From: a candidate division WOR-3 bacterium
Lineage (GTDB): Bacteria > Hydrothermota > Tepidihabitantia > Tepidihabitantales > Tepidihabitantaceae
Length of the DNA stretch: 64,000 nucleotides
Assembly (NCBI GenBank): GCA_965649225.1
Contig: CBFGJX010000014.1
Coordinates: 1-64,000 of the forward strand
Direction: 5' to 3'
The notes beneath the pieces are model-generated. The model was not told the DNA's origin and ran no database searches. It worked only from the letters and a program-made list of their open reading frames with translations. The position numbers were made by a program, and so were the translations under genes. Shown one piece after another: positions 48,271 to 58,332 of this stretch (its first letter is position 1; each line of letters begins with the position of its first letter).

Positions 48271-48533
48271 GGGGCCAAGATAGCCGGCGGCAGCGGCATC
48301 GTCAAATCTGCGGCCGGCCCGGCCGGCTTTCCGGTCTCCCCCCTCAATTCCACAAAGCTCAGTCAAGGTTGTTGACACAAATTGTCAAAAACGAAATCCG
48401 GGCCCATAAGCCCCCTGCTTTACTGCGGCAACGGCGACTGACCGGCACCCGGCAGGGATTGACAAATGCCGTCTTGCTGCCACCTTGATTGCCGGAACGC
48501 GCCGGCTAGCTTGTCTGGCGGAGTCAAGCCGCG

Positions 48534-48848
48534 ATGGAGGAACCGTTGGAGTTTCAGGTATTCGCCAAGGAAGGCTGCGAGCTGTGCGCCAAGGCGCAGG
48601 AAATTCTCAGGCGCGCCGGGGTTGAACCGGTTGTGCGCTATGTCGACGGACCCAACGCCACCGTCGACAACCTGGCTGATTTTGCCTGGTACGACTGGAC
48701 CGACAAACCGCCGCTGGTCATCGTCAAGCGCGGCGAAGAGATTTTGGCACGCTGGGACGGCCGGACCGTCATGGCCGGTCTGACCCCGGTTGTCCGCCAG
48801 TTGCTTGGGCAGAACGACGCGGCCGCCAGCAGTCCGTCTGCGGCCTGA
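48534..48848 (+). CDS. Glutaredoxin/thioredoxin-like protein
   Basis: FAKEGCELC CxxC; cis-Pro-like KPPLVIV. Confidence 0.75.
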   Translation: MEEPLEFQVFAKEGCELCAKAQEILRRAGVEPVVRYVDGPNATVDNLADFAWYDWTDKPPLVIVKRGEEILARWDGRTVMAGLTPVVRQLLGQNDAAASSPSAA

Positions 48849-48863
48849 AGCGAGGAGACGAAC

Positions 48864-49031
48864 ATGAACAGCAACGGCAAACAGACCAGCATTGACCCGG
48901 TGTGCGAGATGGAAGTCACGCCCGAAAACGCCGCCTGCAGCGTCGAGTACAAGGGCAAGACCTATTACTTCTGCGCCCAGGCCTGCAAGCACGCCTTCGA
49001 ACTCGACCCCGAGTCGTATATCAAGCGTTAA
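48864..49031 (+). CDS. YHS domain protein (55 aa)
   Basis: DPVCEMEV...YKGKTYYFCAQACKHAFELDPESY; GAGGAG RBS; not in the supplied ORF track. Confidence 0.9.
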   Translation: MNSNGKQTSIDPVCEMEVTPENAACSVEYKGKTYYFCAQACKHAFELDPESYIKR

Positions 49032-49047
49032 CCAGCTTGAAAACAAA

Positions 49048-49082
49048 GCGGCGGCGCGGATGCGCCGCCGCTGATTTTCTTA
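49048..49082. terminator. Bidirectional terminator-like hairpin
   Basis: GCGGCGGCGC-GGAT-GCGCCGCCGC flanked by A- and T-rich tracts. Confidence 0.6.
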
Positions 49083-49088
49083 TGTCGG

Positions 49089-49499
49089 TCAGAACCCTGC
49101 GCTGGAACTGAACGAACGCAGCGACTCCATTATCGCCGGCAGGCTCACCAGTCCAACCAGTGTCAGCACCACCAGCGCAATCAGCGCCAGCAGTCCGAAC
49201 GCGACCGTAACCAGCACGGCAATACCGTTGATCAGATAGTAAGTCTTCAACCGGCCGAGCAATCCTTCCAGCGCGGCATCATCACCCCGGGCGGCGTAGT
49301 CGCTCGCCCGGGAGCCGGCCTGCACCAGCAGAATCCCGAGCCAGATAGGCAGCCAGGCCCAGACAATCCCGACAATCGTCAACGCGTTGACTGCCCCGCC
49401 GATGATACTGACGATGCCAAAGAACTTCAGCCAACCGGCCAGCCCGCGAGCATGGTCCCGTGCCGGCGTTGGATTGGGTGAACCAGCAGCTTCCATCAC
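49089..49499 (-). CDS. DUF5362-like membrane protein
   Basis: GWLKFFGIVSII.G..ALTIVGI..AWLPIWLG..L.QA motif. Confidence 0.75.
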   Translation of the reverse strand: MMEAAGSPNPTPARDHARGLAGWLKFFGIVSIIGGAVNALTIVGIVWAWLPIWLGILLVQAGSRASDYAARGDDAALEGLLGRLKTYYLINGIAVLVTVAFGLLALIALVVLTLVGLVSLPAIMESLRSFSSSAGF

Positions 49500-49688
49500 A
49501 GCCTCCGCTTCATCGTTTTCGGTCAGCGTAGTTTGCCGTTACCGATTGTCAAGAACACTGGCAATCAACCGGGTTTCGTCCGCCGCCGGGTTGACCCTGC
49601 TGACGGAAGATCATAACATTAACATGCTGCTGTCTGCTGTCCGGTAATGCGATAGCTAACTACCGTCACTGCCATTGAGGAGGCAGAT

Positions 49689-52600
49689 GTGCGCTGTGCA
49701 TTGGTCCGATTGACTCTCGTTGGTCTCGCGGCCACAGCTATCACCTTCGCTCAGTCGCCCGAGAATGTCTTCATAATCGTCATCGATGGATTGCGCCACG
49801 ATGAAGGCTGGGCCCAGGGGGCAGCTAATCTACCGCACATCTGGAACGACCTGAAACCGCAGGGCACGTTCCATGCCCGGTTCTGGGCCCGGGGTTGGAC
49901 CGCGACAACCGGCGGCCACCTGACCATCCTCTCGGGCGTGCGCCAGATAATCCGTAACAACAGCGGTAACGAACAGGAAATCCGTTCGCTTGACCCACTG
50001 GCGTTCGAGTACTACCGCCAGCACTTTGCCATCAGCGATACAACCGTCTGCGGCACGGTTATCGGCAAGGTCGGCAACGTCGGAGCGGTTGCCGATTACA
50101 GCCTCGAGCCGGCATTGGGACCACCCTGGCAGGGATTTGTCCGCGGCGACGCCTCAACTCACGACGACACCGCCTCGGTCCGGCTGTTGCACAGGACCAT
50201 GGACTCGCTGCACCCGCGCCTGGTGCTGCTCAACATGGCCGATGTTGACACGAAAGGCCACACCGGCATCTACAGTGACTATCTGACGGCAATCCGCGTC
50301 GCCGACTCGCTGATCTACGACATCTGGCGCCACATTCAGGCCGAAGGTCCGTACAGCGATACCTTTTACCGGAACCGGACGGTGCTGCTGGTAACCAGCG
50401 ACCACGGCCGCAACGACGACGCCCATGGCGGCTTTGCGGGCCATGGCGAGTGGGACCACGGCTCACGCCAGCTTGGTCTGCTGGCGCTGGGGCCGGGCAT
50501 CGCCCGCAATCGCATTGTCACCGAGACATCAGCCGACCAGATTGATATCCTGCCCACGGTTGGAGCGCTGCTCGGTTTCCCGGTGCCGTTTGCCGAAGGT
50601 CGGGTGATGACCGAGCTCTTTGCAACCGGCTACACACCCGGGGCGGTGATCCCGAGACGCCAGCCCGTCTTCAACGCAGTCAATCTTAGCAACACTCCCG
50701 GCTTCTCGCGCGATCCCGACATCGCGCGCGACCGCAACGGCAACATCTACCTGGTCTGGTCCGACAACAGCACCGGCAACTGGCAAGTACTGTTCCGCCG
50801 GTCCACCGACAACGGAACAACCTGGTCATCAAACCGAACTTTGTTCGACTATCCAGCAGCTGAAAGCACGATGTGGTACGCCCGGGTCGCCGCCGACGAC
50901 AGCCTGGCAGTTGCGGCGATTGGCTACGGCCGACACCTTGCCCGGACCGACACGGCCAACCCCCTGGTTACCGACACAACTTTCATCTGGTATCCCTGGC
51001 TGGCAACAAGTACCGACGCCGGTGGGAACTGGAGTTACTCATCGCTGATCGATTCGAACACGGGCTCGTACTGCGCGCCAGTGACGGTAAGGAACGGCAG
51101 GGTCGGGCTGGCGTGGTTGACGGTCGGCCAGTTTCCCTGGCAAAATCCGCGCAACGGGATTTTCTTCAACAACCGGATGCCGGGCGGTGCCTGGCGCGGC
51201 ACGCCGGTCGAGCCGACCGGCCGGCAGTGTCTCCATCTTGCGCTGCAGGACGACGGCAGCGTCTATCATATTGGCGCGGCTGCCTGGGACGACGGTGACT
51301 TCGATGTTGCCTACTGCCGTTCGACTGACCGGGGTGAAACCTGGAGCACAACCTGGGTTGTGCGCGATCCGGCCGGTTCAGCCCATTACGACTACGACCC
51401 GGAGCTGGTGACCGACCCTTCGGGAATGGTACATCTATTCTGGGCTCGCAAACCGAACCTGAACGGCGTCTGGCAGGTGATGTATGGCCGGCGCGACCCG
51501 CTCACCGGCATCTGGGACACCGTAAGGCTCACTTCCTCGCCGGGCGGGGCATGGCAGCCGCATGCGGCAATCAAAGGCGACACCATTGTCCTGGTCTGGA
51601 TTGATTACCGCGACGGCAACCCCGAAGTCTACGCGCAGTACAGCTTTGACCGCGGAGCAGGCTGGTCAACAGCGGAGCGTGTAACCTGGACCGACGCGTT
51701 GACCCACCATCCCCGCGTCATGCCGACGCCGCGCGGTTTCTACTGTGTCTGGCAGGACAACTCAAGCGGCAACTGGGAAGTTTACGGGCGAGAGCTTGTT
51801 GCCGGACCAACCTGCGAGGCAGCGGTAGCCCGAATCATCGCTCCAAGCGGCAGCCTCGATTCGCTTGCCCCGGTCGTGCCCCGCGCGGTCTTCAAGAACC
51901 TGAGCAGCCTTGCGGTGCGTCTGAGTGTCTACTGCACCATGCGCGACGAACCGGGTACAATAGTCTATTCCGACAGCGGCGAGGTCACGACCATCGGCCC
52001 GGGCGACAGCATCTCTTACCTGTTTTCGGCCTGGCCCCGGCCCCACCTGCCCGGCAGCTATACCGTCCGGTGTTCGCTCTACCTCGCCGGAGACAGCAAC
52101 CCGGACAACAACTCGCTGGAAAATGCCTTCACCGTCACCGTACCGACACCCGGCTGGAGCGAGCTCGCATCGATGCCGCTTGCACCGTCAGGTCGCTATT
52201 CCCGGGATGGAGCCTGGCTGGTGGCGGACGAAGGCCTCGGGTTGCTGTTTGCTGCCAAAGGCTCCAGGACTGCCGATTTCTACGGCTACAATCTGCTGAC
52301 CGGCGAATGGCAGGAACTGCCGCCGATACCCGCCGGCCCGTCGGGCCGCGCGATCTACCGGGGTGCAGCGGCGTGCAGCGACGGCAATGGAACGGTTTAC
52401 GCCACCCGTGGTAACAACACCATCGAGTTCCAGCGCTACCGGCACAATCAGGGCTGGGTCGACCTGGCGGACGTGCCGCCCGGCGTTTACGGGAAAAAGA
52501 TCAAAGGTGGTACTGACCTGGTCTACGTGCCCGGTTCCGGTGACCACGTCTATCTGCTCAAGGGATGCCGGAACGAGTTCCTGCGTTACAGTGTGGCGGC

Positions 52601-53324
52601 CGACTCATGGCAGCTACTGCCCGATGCCCCGGTCGGGACAAACCAGCGTTGGGACAAGGGTTCGTGGCTGAGCTTCGACGGCAACCACACCATCTATGCT
52701 CACAAAGCAAGATACCACGAATTCTTCGCCTTCGACCTCAATACCCTTGCCTGGCGCAGCCCGCCCCTTACCCCGATGCCGGTTCATTCCTACACCGGCC
52801 GGACGCGCAAAGTCAAGGACGGCTCAAGTGCCGTGTGGCTTGATGGGGCAATCTACGCCTTCAAGGGCGCCAATACTCAGGAGTTCTGGTGCTACCACCC
52901 GACCGGCGACTCCTGGGTGGAGCTGGAAACGATTCCCGGCATCGGCTGGTCCGGACGGCGCAAGCGGGTCAAAGGAGGCGCCGACATCGTCGCCAGCGGG
53001 TCGCTGCTCATCGCGTTGAAGGGCAACAGGTCCAACGAACTCTGGCGGTATGTCCGCACGGTCACCGCGGTACCACTGACCCGCGGAACCGCCGTGTCCG
53101 ACAGGGTGACCCGGAACGACGGCGCGGGGCGGACCGGGACCAGACCAGCAACAATCAGCAGCACACCGATGACATTCTACGACGCAGCCGGCCGGATAGT
53201 GGCGACAGGACATCTGACTCCCGATGGTCGGATCGACACCGGCCCGCTGCGCGCGGGCGTTTACATCGGACTGCCCACTGCTCCCGGCAGTCCGGCAATC
53301 AAGAAAATAGTAATCAGGCATTGA
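49689..53324 (+). CDS. Secreted alkaline-phosphatase-superfamily metalloenzyme + BNR propeller + Ig-like + Kelch + CTD protein
   Basis: IVIDGLR, DTKGH, VTSDHGR; STDxGxTWS Asp boxes; Kelch repeats; YDAAGRIV...AGVY. Confidence 0.85.
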   Translation: MRCALVRLTLVGLAATAITFAQSPENVFIIVIDGLRHDEGWAQGAANLPHIWNDLKPQGTFHARFWARGWTATTGGHLTILSGVRQIIRNNSGNEQEIRSLDPLAFEYYRQHFAISDTTVCGTVIGKVGNVGAVADYSLEPALGPPWQGFVRGDASTHDDTASVRLLHRTMDSLHPRLVLLNMADVDTKGHTGIYSDYLTAIRVADSLIYDIWRHIQAEGPYSDTFYRNRTVLLVTSDHGRNDDAHGGFAGHGEWDHGSRQLGLLALGPGIARNRIVTETSADQIDILPTVGALLGFPVPFAEGRVMTELFATGYTPGAVIPRRQPVFNAVNLSNTPGFSRDPDIARDRNGNIYLVWSDNSTGNWQVLFRRSTDNGTTWSSNRTLFDYPAAESTMWYARVAADDSLAVAAIGYGRHLARTDTANPLVTDTTFIWYPWLATSTDAGGNWSYSSLIDSNTGSYCAPVTVRNGRVGLAWLTVGQFPWQNPRNGIFFNNRMPGGAWRGTPVEPTGRQCLHLALQDDGSVYHIGAAAWDDGDFDVAYCRSTDRGETWSTTWVVRDPAGSAHYDYDPELVTDPSGMVHLFWARKPNLNGVWQVMYGRRDPLTGIWDTVRLTSSPGGAWQPHAAIKGDTIVLVWIDYRDGNPEVYAQYSFDRGAGWSTAERVTWTDALTHHPRVMPTPRGFYCVWQDNSSGNWEVYGRELVAGPTCEAAVARIIAPSGSLDSLAPVVPRAVFKNLSSLAVRLSVYCTMRDEPGTIVYSDSGEVTTIGPGDSISYLFSAWPRPHLPGSYTVRCSLYLAGDSNPDNNSLENAFTVTVPTPGWSELASMPLAPSGRYSRDGAWLVADEGLGLLFAAKGSRTADFYGYNLLTGEWQELPPIPAGPSGRAIYRGAAACSDGNGTVYATRGNNTIEFQRYRHNQGWVDLADVPPGVYGKKIKGGTDLVYVPGSGDHVYLLKGCRNEFLRYSVAADSWQLLPDAPVGTNQRWDKGSWLSFDGNHTIYAHKARYHEFFAFDLNTLAWRSPPLTPMPVHSYTGRTRKVKDGSSAVWLDGAIYAFKGANTQEFWCYHPTGDSWVELETIPGIGWSGRRKRVKGGADIVASGSLLIALKGNRSNELWRYVRTVTAVPLTRGTAVSDRVTRNDGAGRTGTRPATISSTPMTFYDAAGRIVATGHLTPDGRIDTGPLRAGVYIGLPTAPGSPAIKKIVIRH

Positions 53325-53388
53325 CGCCGGCCGACAGCCGGTGGCGGGGCAGCACCAGGCTGCCCCGCCACTTCCGAGGAGGCAGGTA

Positions 53389-55860
53389 CTACTCGGACAC
53401 CGACCTTGGATCGGTCGGAATTCGAAAATAGAACGTCGAACCAACCCCCGGCAGCGATTCACACCACACCCGGCCCTTGTGGGCTTCAACGATCTTCTTG
53501 ACCACTGCCAGCCCGATACCGCTGGAACCGCTCACCGGCGTCCCGCTCTGCTCAAACTTGTCAAAAAGCCGGCCGATATCAGCCCGGTCGATTCCCCGGC
53601 CGTTGTCCTGCACTGCCACCTCCAGCCAGCCTTCACCCTGCCGGGAGCTGATCTGGATATGACCTGAATCAGGAGTGTAACGGATGGCATTGGACAGATA
53701 GTTGGTAATCACCTGCTTTATCCGCCGGCCATCACACACGACCGGGCATGACGTCACCAGCGAAACAACCCGATGCCCCTTGTGCCGAATCAGAAAACTC
53801 AGCTCGCGGATGCAGTCAGTGACCAGCGCGGCAATGTCGGTCGGCTCCAGTTTCAACTCCATCCAGGCACTTCGGAACCGTGACAGCTCCAGCATGTCCC
53901 GGCGCAGACTTTCCAGCGTCCGGATACTGCATTGCATCTCTTCCAGTGCCGCCCGCTGCTCGCCGTTCACCGCGCCCAGTGTGCCGTCACTGATCATCGC
54001 GGCGTAGCCGCCGATGACCTGCATCGGCGCGCCGAGGTCATGCATGACCATGTCGACGAGGTCGTGCTGCAACTGCAGAGTGTGTTCCAGTTCGGCGGTT
54101 CGCGCTCGAACTCGCTCCTCCAGTTCCAGCCGCGACCGGCGCAGTTCCGCCTCGGCAGTACGGCGTTCGATGAATGCACCAATCTGTCGGGCAATCGAAT
54201 TGAGCAGATCCCGTTCATCGCAGGGCAGCGGCGGCTCGGTGGTGCCGGTCCGGTCACGGCTGAAGAAAATACCGATCTCGCCCGCGCCGCTGCTGCCGCC
54301 GGTCCACTGCGCCCGCATTTCCCACGGCGTTACAGCAAACCCTGCCGACCGGTACTCCCGCTCCGGCGTCCTTATCACCACCCCCGCCACCTCGGCATGG
54401 GGCCACGACTGCACTACCACGGTCGCTGCCTCGGCCAGTACCTTCTCGCTCGACGCCTTGGACAGGGCCAGCAGCTCCGACACCGAACACAGACAGCCAA
54501 ACTCCCGCACCGAACTGGTCGCATAGTGCAGCATTCGGGAAAGCTCGGCCTCCACTGCCCGGCGGGCGGTGATATCGTGCAGCACCGCCAGACTGCCGGC
54601 ATAGCTGCCGTTCTCGCCATAGCGTGGTGCGGCCGAAACCAGCACCTGCCGCACCTGGCCGTCCGGGCGGATGAATTCCAGCTCGTAACTTGAGACCGTG
54701 CCGGTACGGCGTCGGGCGGTTTCGGCCATGATCCGCTCCCAGCCCTCGGCAGTGGTAAACCGCCGCACCTGCTGGCCGAGCAGTTCTTCCCGCGACACCC
54801 CAAGCAGCTCAGCCATTGCCCGGTTGACCGCGATGCAGTTCTCGGCGGCATCGGCAACGATCACGCCATCGCCAACCTGCTCCAGCAGCTGGGCAAAATT
54901 GTCCTGTTCGGTTCGCAGTATCCCCTCGGTGTGCCGCAGGTTGGTGATGTCCCGCATCACCAGCGCCGCCCGAAACACCCCGCCGCTCCGGTCACGGACC
55001 GCCCGGCCGCTGCACAGCATCAGCCGTCGCTCGCCGCTGCTGCCGGCAACCCCCAGTTCTTCGTTGTCAATTCGACCGGTAGCAGCAAGCAGCTCCAGCA
55101 TCTTCGCACCGCGGTCGCGCCATTCTTCGGCAAAGAAATCAACCAGCCGCCGGCCAAGCACCGTGCTGCGGTCAGAACCGAGCACGGCAGCCGCCGCCGG
55201 ATTGCAGTCGACAATCTGCCAGCCCGGTCCCAGCACCAGCAGCAGGTCCGGCACCATTACAAAAAACTCCCGGTAATCGGTCGCTGCCCCGGCGGACGAA
55301 CCGTCGAGAAAAAACGTCAGAAACCGGTGCTCGCCCGCCGCTATCGCCGTCACATGGCAGAGCCGCTCGCCCAGGCAGGTATCGACCCCGGCCGGAATCT
55401 GTCCGGCAGCAGCAACCAGGTATCCGGCCAGCACGCTGCGACCATCATCGCCCCAGAGCTCAGAGCCAAGCCGCCCCTCTGACTGCGTGCGGGGCCAGCC
55501 GGAAAAGGCTTCGAACTCGGGATTGACATCGATGATCCGCCAGTCGGTGGGATTACCATTCTCGTCGCAGACAATCTCGCTCAGACAGGCCGGCAGCGAA
55601 AAAGCCGGCAGCCACCCGACGGCGGAAGAATCTTCTGCGCCGTTCACGGGCGTAGTACTGCCAGTCTGCAAGTCTGCCTCCTGTCTTTGGCGGCCGGCAA
55701 TCCGGATTCCACTCTTGTCCCCTGCAATACCCGTGCCAAACCCGGGATGACCATCGACCGACCCTAACTTACCTGATATCAACGACTGCCGGTTTGTGCG
55801 CCCGGGCAACGAATCGGAACAAATCAGCACCCCTGCCGCAACATTCGGCAGTACTGACAA
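53389..55860 (-). CDS. Multi-PAS sensor histidine kinase
   Basis: Three PAS-like domains, H-box HDLGAPM, NYLSNAIRY, DNGRGI, GIGLAVVK; start uncertain. Confidence 0.88.
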   Translation of the reverse strand: MSVLPNVAAGVLICSDSLPGRTNRQSLISGKLGSVDGHPGFGTGIAGDKSGIRIAGRQRQEADLQTGSTTPVNGAEDSSAVGWLPAFSLPACLSEIVCDENGNPTDWRIIDVNPEFEAFSGWPRTQSEGRLGSELWGDDGRSVLAGYLVAAAGQIPAGVDTCLGERLCHVTAIAAGEHRFLTFFLDGSSAGAATDYREFFVMVPDLLLVLGPGWQIVDCNPAAAAVLGSDRSTVLGRRLVDFFAEEWRDRGAKMLELLAATGRIDNEELGVAGSSGERRLMLCSGRAVRDRSGGVFRAALVMRDITNLRHTEGILRTEQDNFAQLLEQVGDGVIVADAAENCIAVNRAMAELLGVSREELLGQQVRRFTTAEGWERIMAETARRRTGTVSSYELEFIRPDGQVRQVLVSAAPRYGENGSYAGSLAVLHDITARRAVEAELSRMLHYATSSVREFGCLCSVSELLALSKASSEKVLAEAATVVVQSWPHAEVAGVVIRTPEREYRSAGFAVTPWEMRAQWTGGSSGAGEIGIFFSRDRTGTTEPPLPCDERDLLNSIARQIGAFIERRTAEAELRRSRLELEERVRARTAELEHTLQLQHDLVDMVMHDLGAPMQVIGGYAAMISDGTLGAVNGEQRAALEEMQCSIRTLESLRRDMLELSRFRSAWMELKLEPTDIAALVTDCIRELSFLIRHKGHRVVSLVTSCPVVCDGRRIKQVITNYLSNAIRYTPDSGHIQISSRQGEGWLEVAVQDNGRGIDRADIGRLFDKFEQSGTPVSGSSGIGLAVVKKIVEAHKGRVWCESLPGVGSTFYFRIPTDPRSVSE

Positions 55861-55888
55861 CTCACCGACCGGAGCGGGAGACCGTCAA

Positions 55889-55916
55889 TTGACTGCCCCG
55901 ACGAATTGCCTATAAT
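55889..55916 (+). promoter_or_regulatory. Sigma70 promoter upstream of rpmA
   Basis: TTGACT-N16-TATAAT. Confidence 0.65.
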
Positions 55917-55951
55917 CACCGGACAATCCCTTGATACTGTAGGAGACGACA

Positions 55952-56227
55952 ATGGCACACAAAAAAAGCGGCGGTTCGGCCCGCAACGGTCGTGACTCTG
56001 CCGGCCAGCGACTGGGAGTCAAACGTTTTGCCTCCGAAGTCGTCCGCACCGGCAACATCATTGTCCGTCAGCGCGGCACCCGTTTCCTGCCCGGCCACAA
56101 TGTCGGTCGGGCCAAGGACGACACGCTCTTTGCTCTCGCCGACGGCGTTGTGCGGTTCGAATACGTCAACCGCAGCAAACAGCGGGTGTCGGTGATACCT
56201 GCCCCAGCCCAGCCGACCGGACAATGA
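55952..56227 (+). CDS. rpmA: 50S ribosomal protein L27
   Basis: [24 protein letters not shown]...IIVRQRGT. Confidence 0.99.
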   Translation: MAHKKSGGSARNGRDSAGQRLGVKRFASEVVRTGNIIVRQRGTRFLPGHNVGRAKDDTLFALADGVVRFEYVNRSKQRVSVIPAPAQPTGQ

Positions 56228-56880
56228 AACTGAAGTGGCTCGGCCACTCGGCATTTCTGCTCACTGCCGCAGACGGCACCCGGATAGTCACTGACCCCTA
56301 CAAACCGGGTGCGTTCGAGGGTGCAGTCGGCTACCAGCCGATAACCGAAGCCTGTGCTGCGGTCACGGTCTCGCACGACCACGACGACCACGGCTGGTAC
56401 CGTGGCCTGCCGGGCAATCCAAAACTGATTCGCGGCAGCGGCAGCTTCACTGTCGGGCCGGTCGCCATCACCGGGTTCGACACCGCCCATGACGAAGCCG
56501 GCGGCACCAAGCGCGGTCGCAACACAGTCTATCGCTTCGCCCTCGACGGCCTCACCCTATTGCACTGCGGTGACCTCGGCGAAGACCTCAATCAATCCAC
56601 AATCAACGCCATCGGCCCGGTTGACATCCTGCTTGTTCCCGTCGGTGGCCACTTCACCATCGACGCCAACCAGGCCCGGGCCCTGCGCACCGCCCTGGCC
56701 GCCCGCATCACCGTACCGATGCACTACAAGACCGCGAAACTGGGATTCCCGATTGCCGGCGTCGAGGCCTTTCTGGCCGACCTGCCCGGGGTCCGGCGCA
56801 CCGGTGTCGCCGAAGTCGAAATCACCGCTGCTACCCTGCCGGCCAGTCCCGAGGTCTGGGTGCTGGAGCACGCACTCTAG
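56224..56880 (+). CDS. MBL-fold metallo-hydrolase (UPF0173/UlaG-like)
   Basis: WLGHSAF, SHDHDDH, HCGDLG, VPVGG, PMHY. Confidence 0.9.
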   Translation: MKLKWLGHSAFLLTAADGTRIVTDPYKPGAFEGAVGYQPITEACAAVTVSHDHDDHGWYRGLPGNPKLIRGSGSFTVGPVAITGFDTAHDEAGGTKRGRNTVYRFALDGLTLLHCGDLGEDLNQSTINAIGPVDILLVPVGGHFTIDANQARALRTALAARITVPMHYKTAKLGFPIAGVEAFLADLPGVRRTGVAEVEITAATLPASPEVWVLEHAL

Positions 56881-56926
56881 CATTGTCCGATGACGACGGT
56901 TCGCCCGCCATTCTGAGGAGACAACC

Positions 56927-57769
56927 TTGAGGGAAATAGCTTTCGAACAGGTCCGTGACACCGTTGCCCGGCTCTGCATCGACGCCAACTGCATCCTTGG
57001 CGACGATGTCATCGCCGGCTTCGAACAGGCACTCCAGCAGGAAGAATCGCCCATTGGTCGCGATATCATCCGGCAGTGTCTGGAAAATCAGCAGATCGCC
57101 CGCACCGAAATGATGCCCATCTGCCAGGACACCGGCTGGGCGGTTGTCTGGCTGGAACTGGGGTCCGGGGTCAGAATCAAGGGCGGCGAAATCTACGATG
57201 CCATCCAGCAGGGCGTTGCCAAAGGTTACACCGAAGGCTACCTGCGCAAATCAATCGTCCGCGACCCGCTCCGCCGCGAAAACACCAAAGACAACACTCC
57301 GGCCATCATCTACACCGACATCGTTCCCGGCGACGGGCTGAAAATCACTGTCCAGCCGAAAGGCGGCGGTGCCGAAAACATGAGCGAAGTCCGGATGCTT
57401 TCCGCGGCCGACGGTGCCGAGGGCATCAAGAAGTTTGTCGTTGACCGGGTCGCGCGGTCAAAGGCCAACCCCTGCCCGCCGGTCATTGTCGGCGTCGGCA
57501 TCGGCGGCACGTTCGAAAAGTGTGCCATGCTCGCCAAACACGCCCTGCTCCGTCCGATCGGCTCGACCCATCCTGACCCGTTCTACGCGGCAATGGAAAA
57601 AGAACTGCTCGAGCGCATCAACCGGCTCGGCATCGGGCCCCAGGGACTCGGCGGCACCACCACTGCGCTGGCGGTATTCATCGAAGCGTTCCCCTGCCAC
57701 ATCGCCACCATGCCCTGCGCGGTCAATATCAACTGCCACGCCGCGCGCCACAAGACCGCAACTCTCTAG
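56927..57769 (+). CDS. Fe-S fumarate hydratase, alpha subunit
   Basis: PICQDTG, KGGGAENMS, NPCPP, CHIA...CHAARH. Confidence 0.95.
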   Translation: MREIAFEQVRDTVARLCIDANCILGDDVIAGFEQALQQEESPIGRDIIRQCLENQQIARTEMMPICQDTGWAVVWLELGSGVRIKGGEIYDAIQQGVAKGYTEGYLRKSIVRDPLRRENTKDNTPAIIYTDIVPGDGLKITVQPKGGGAENMSEVRMLSAADGAEGIKKFVVDRVARSKANPCPPVIVGVGIGGTFEKCAMLAKHALLRPIGSTHPDPFYAAMEKELLERINRLGIGPQGLGGTTTALAVFIEAFPCHIATMPCAVNINCHAARHKTATL

Positions 57770-57778
57770 GGGGCAAAG

Positions 57779-58330
57779 ATGGCAAAAAGAATCTCCACTC
57801 CATTGACCGAAGCGACGGTCAAGGAACTGCGCGCCGGCGACTCGGTACTCATCACCGGCACCATCTACACCGGCCGCGACCTCGCCCACAAACGGTTGTT
57901 CGACGCCATCCAGCAGGGCCAGCCGCTGCCCTTCGACCTGCATGGTGCGGTCATCTATTACGTTGGACCGTCACCGGCCAAGCCTGGCAAACCGATCGGC
58001 TCGGCCGGACCGACCACTTCCTACCGCATGGACACCTATTCACCCCTGCTGATTGAACACGGCCTGCGCGGCATGATCGGCAAGGGCAACCGCACCCCGC
58101 CGGTACTGGAAGCAATCCGCCGTCACGGTGCGGTCTACTTCGCTGCGGTCGGCGGCGCGGCGGCGCTGATTGCCCGCAGCATCAAGGCGGCCAGAGTCAT
58201 CGCCTACCCGGAACTGGGGCCCGAGGCGGTACACGAGCTGACCGTCGAAGACTTCCCGGCCATCGTCATCAACGACTGCCACGGCGGCGACCTCTACGAA
58301 CAGGGTGTGGCGCAGTACAAGAAGGACTAG
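57779..58330 (+). CDS. Fe-S fumarate hydratase, beta subunit
   Basis: GRDLAHKR, GPTTSYRM, MIGKG, LGPEA. Confidence 0.95.
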   Translation: MAKRISTPLTEATVKELRAGDSVLITGTIYTGRDLAHKRLFDAIQQGQPLPFDLHGAVIYYVGPSPAKPGKPIGSAGPTTSYRMDTYSPLLIEHGLRGMIGKGNRTPPVLEAIRRHGAVYFAAVGGAAALIARSIKAARVIAYPELGPEAVHELTVEDFPAIVINDCHGGDLYEQGVAQYKKD

Positions 58331-58332
58331 CA

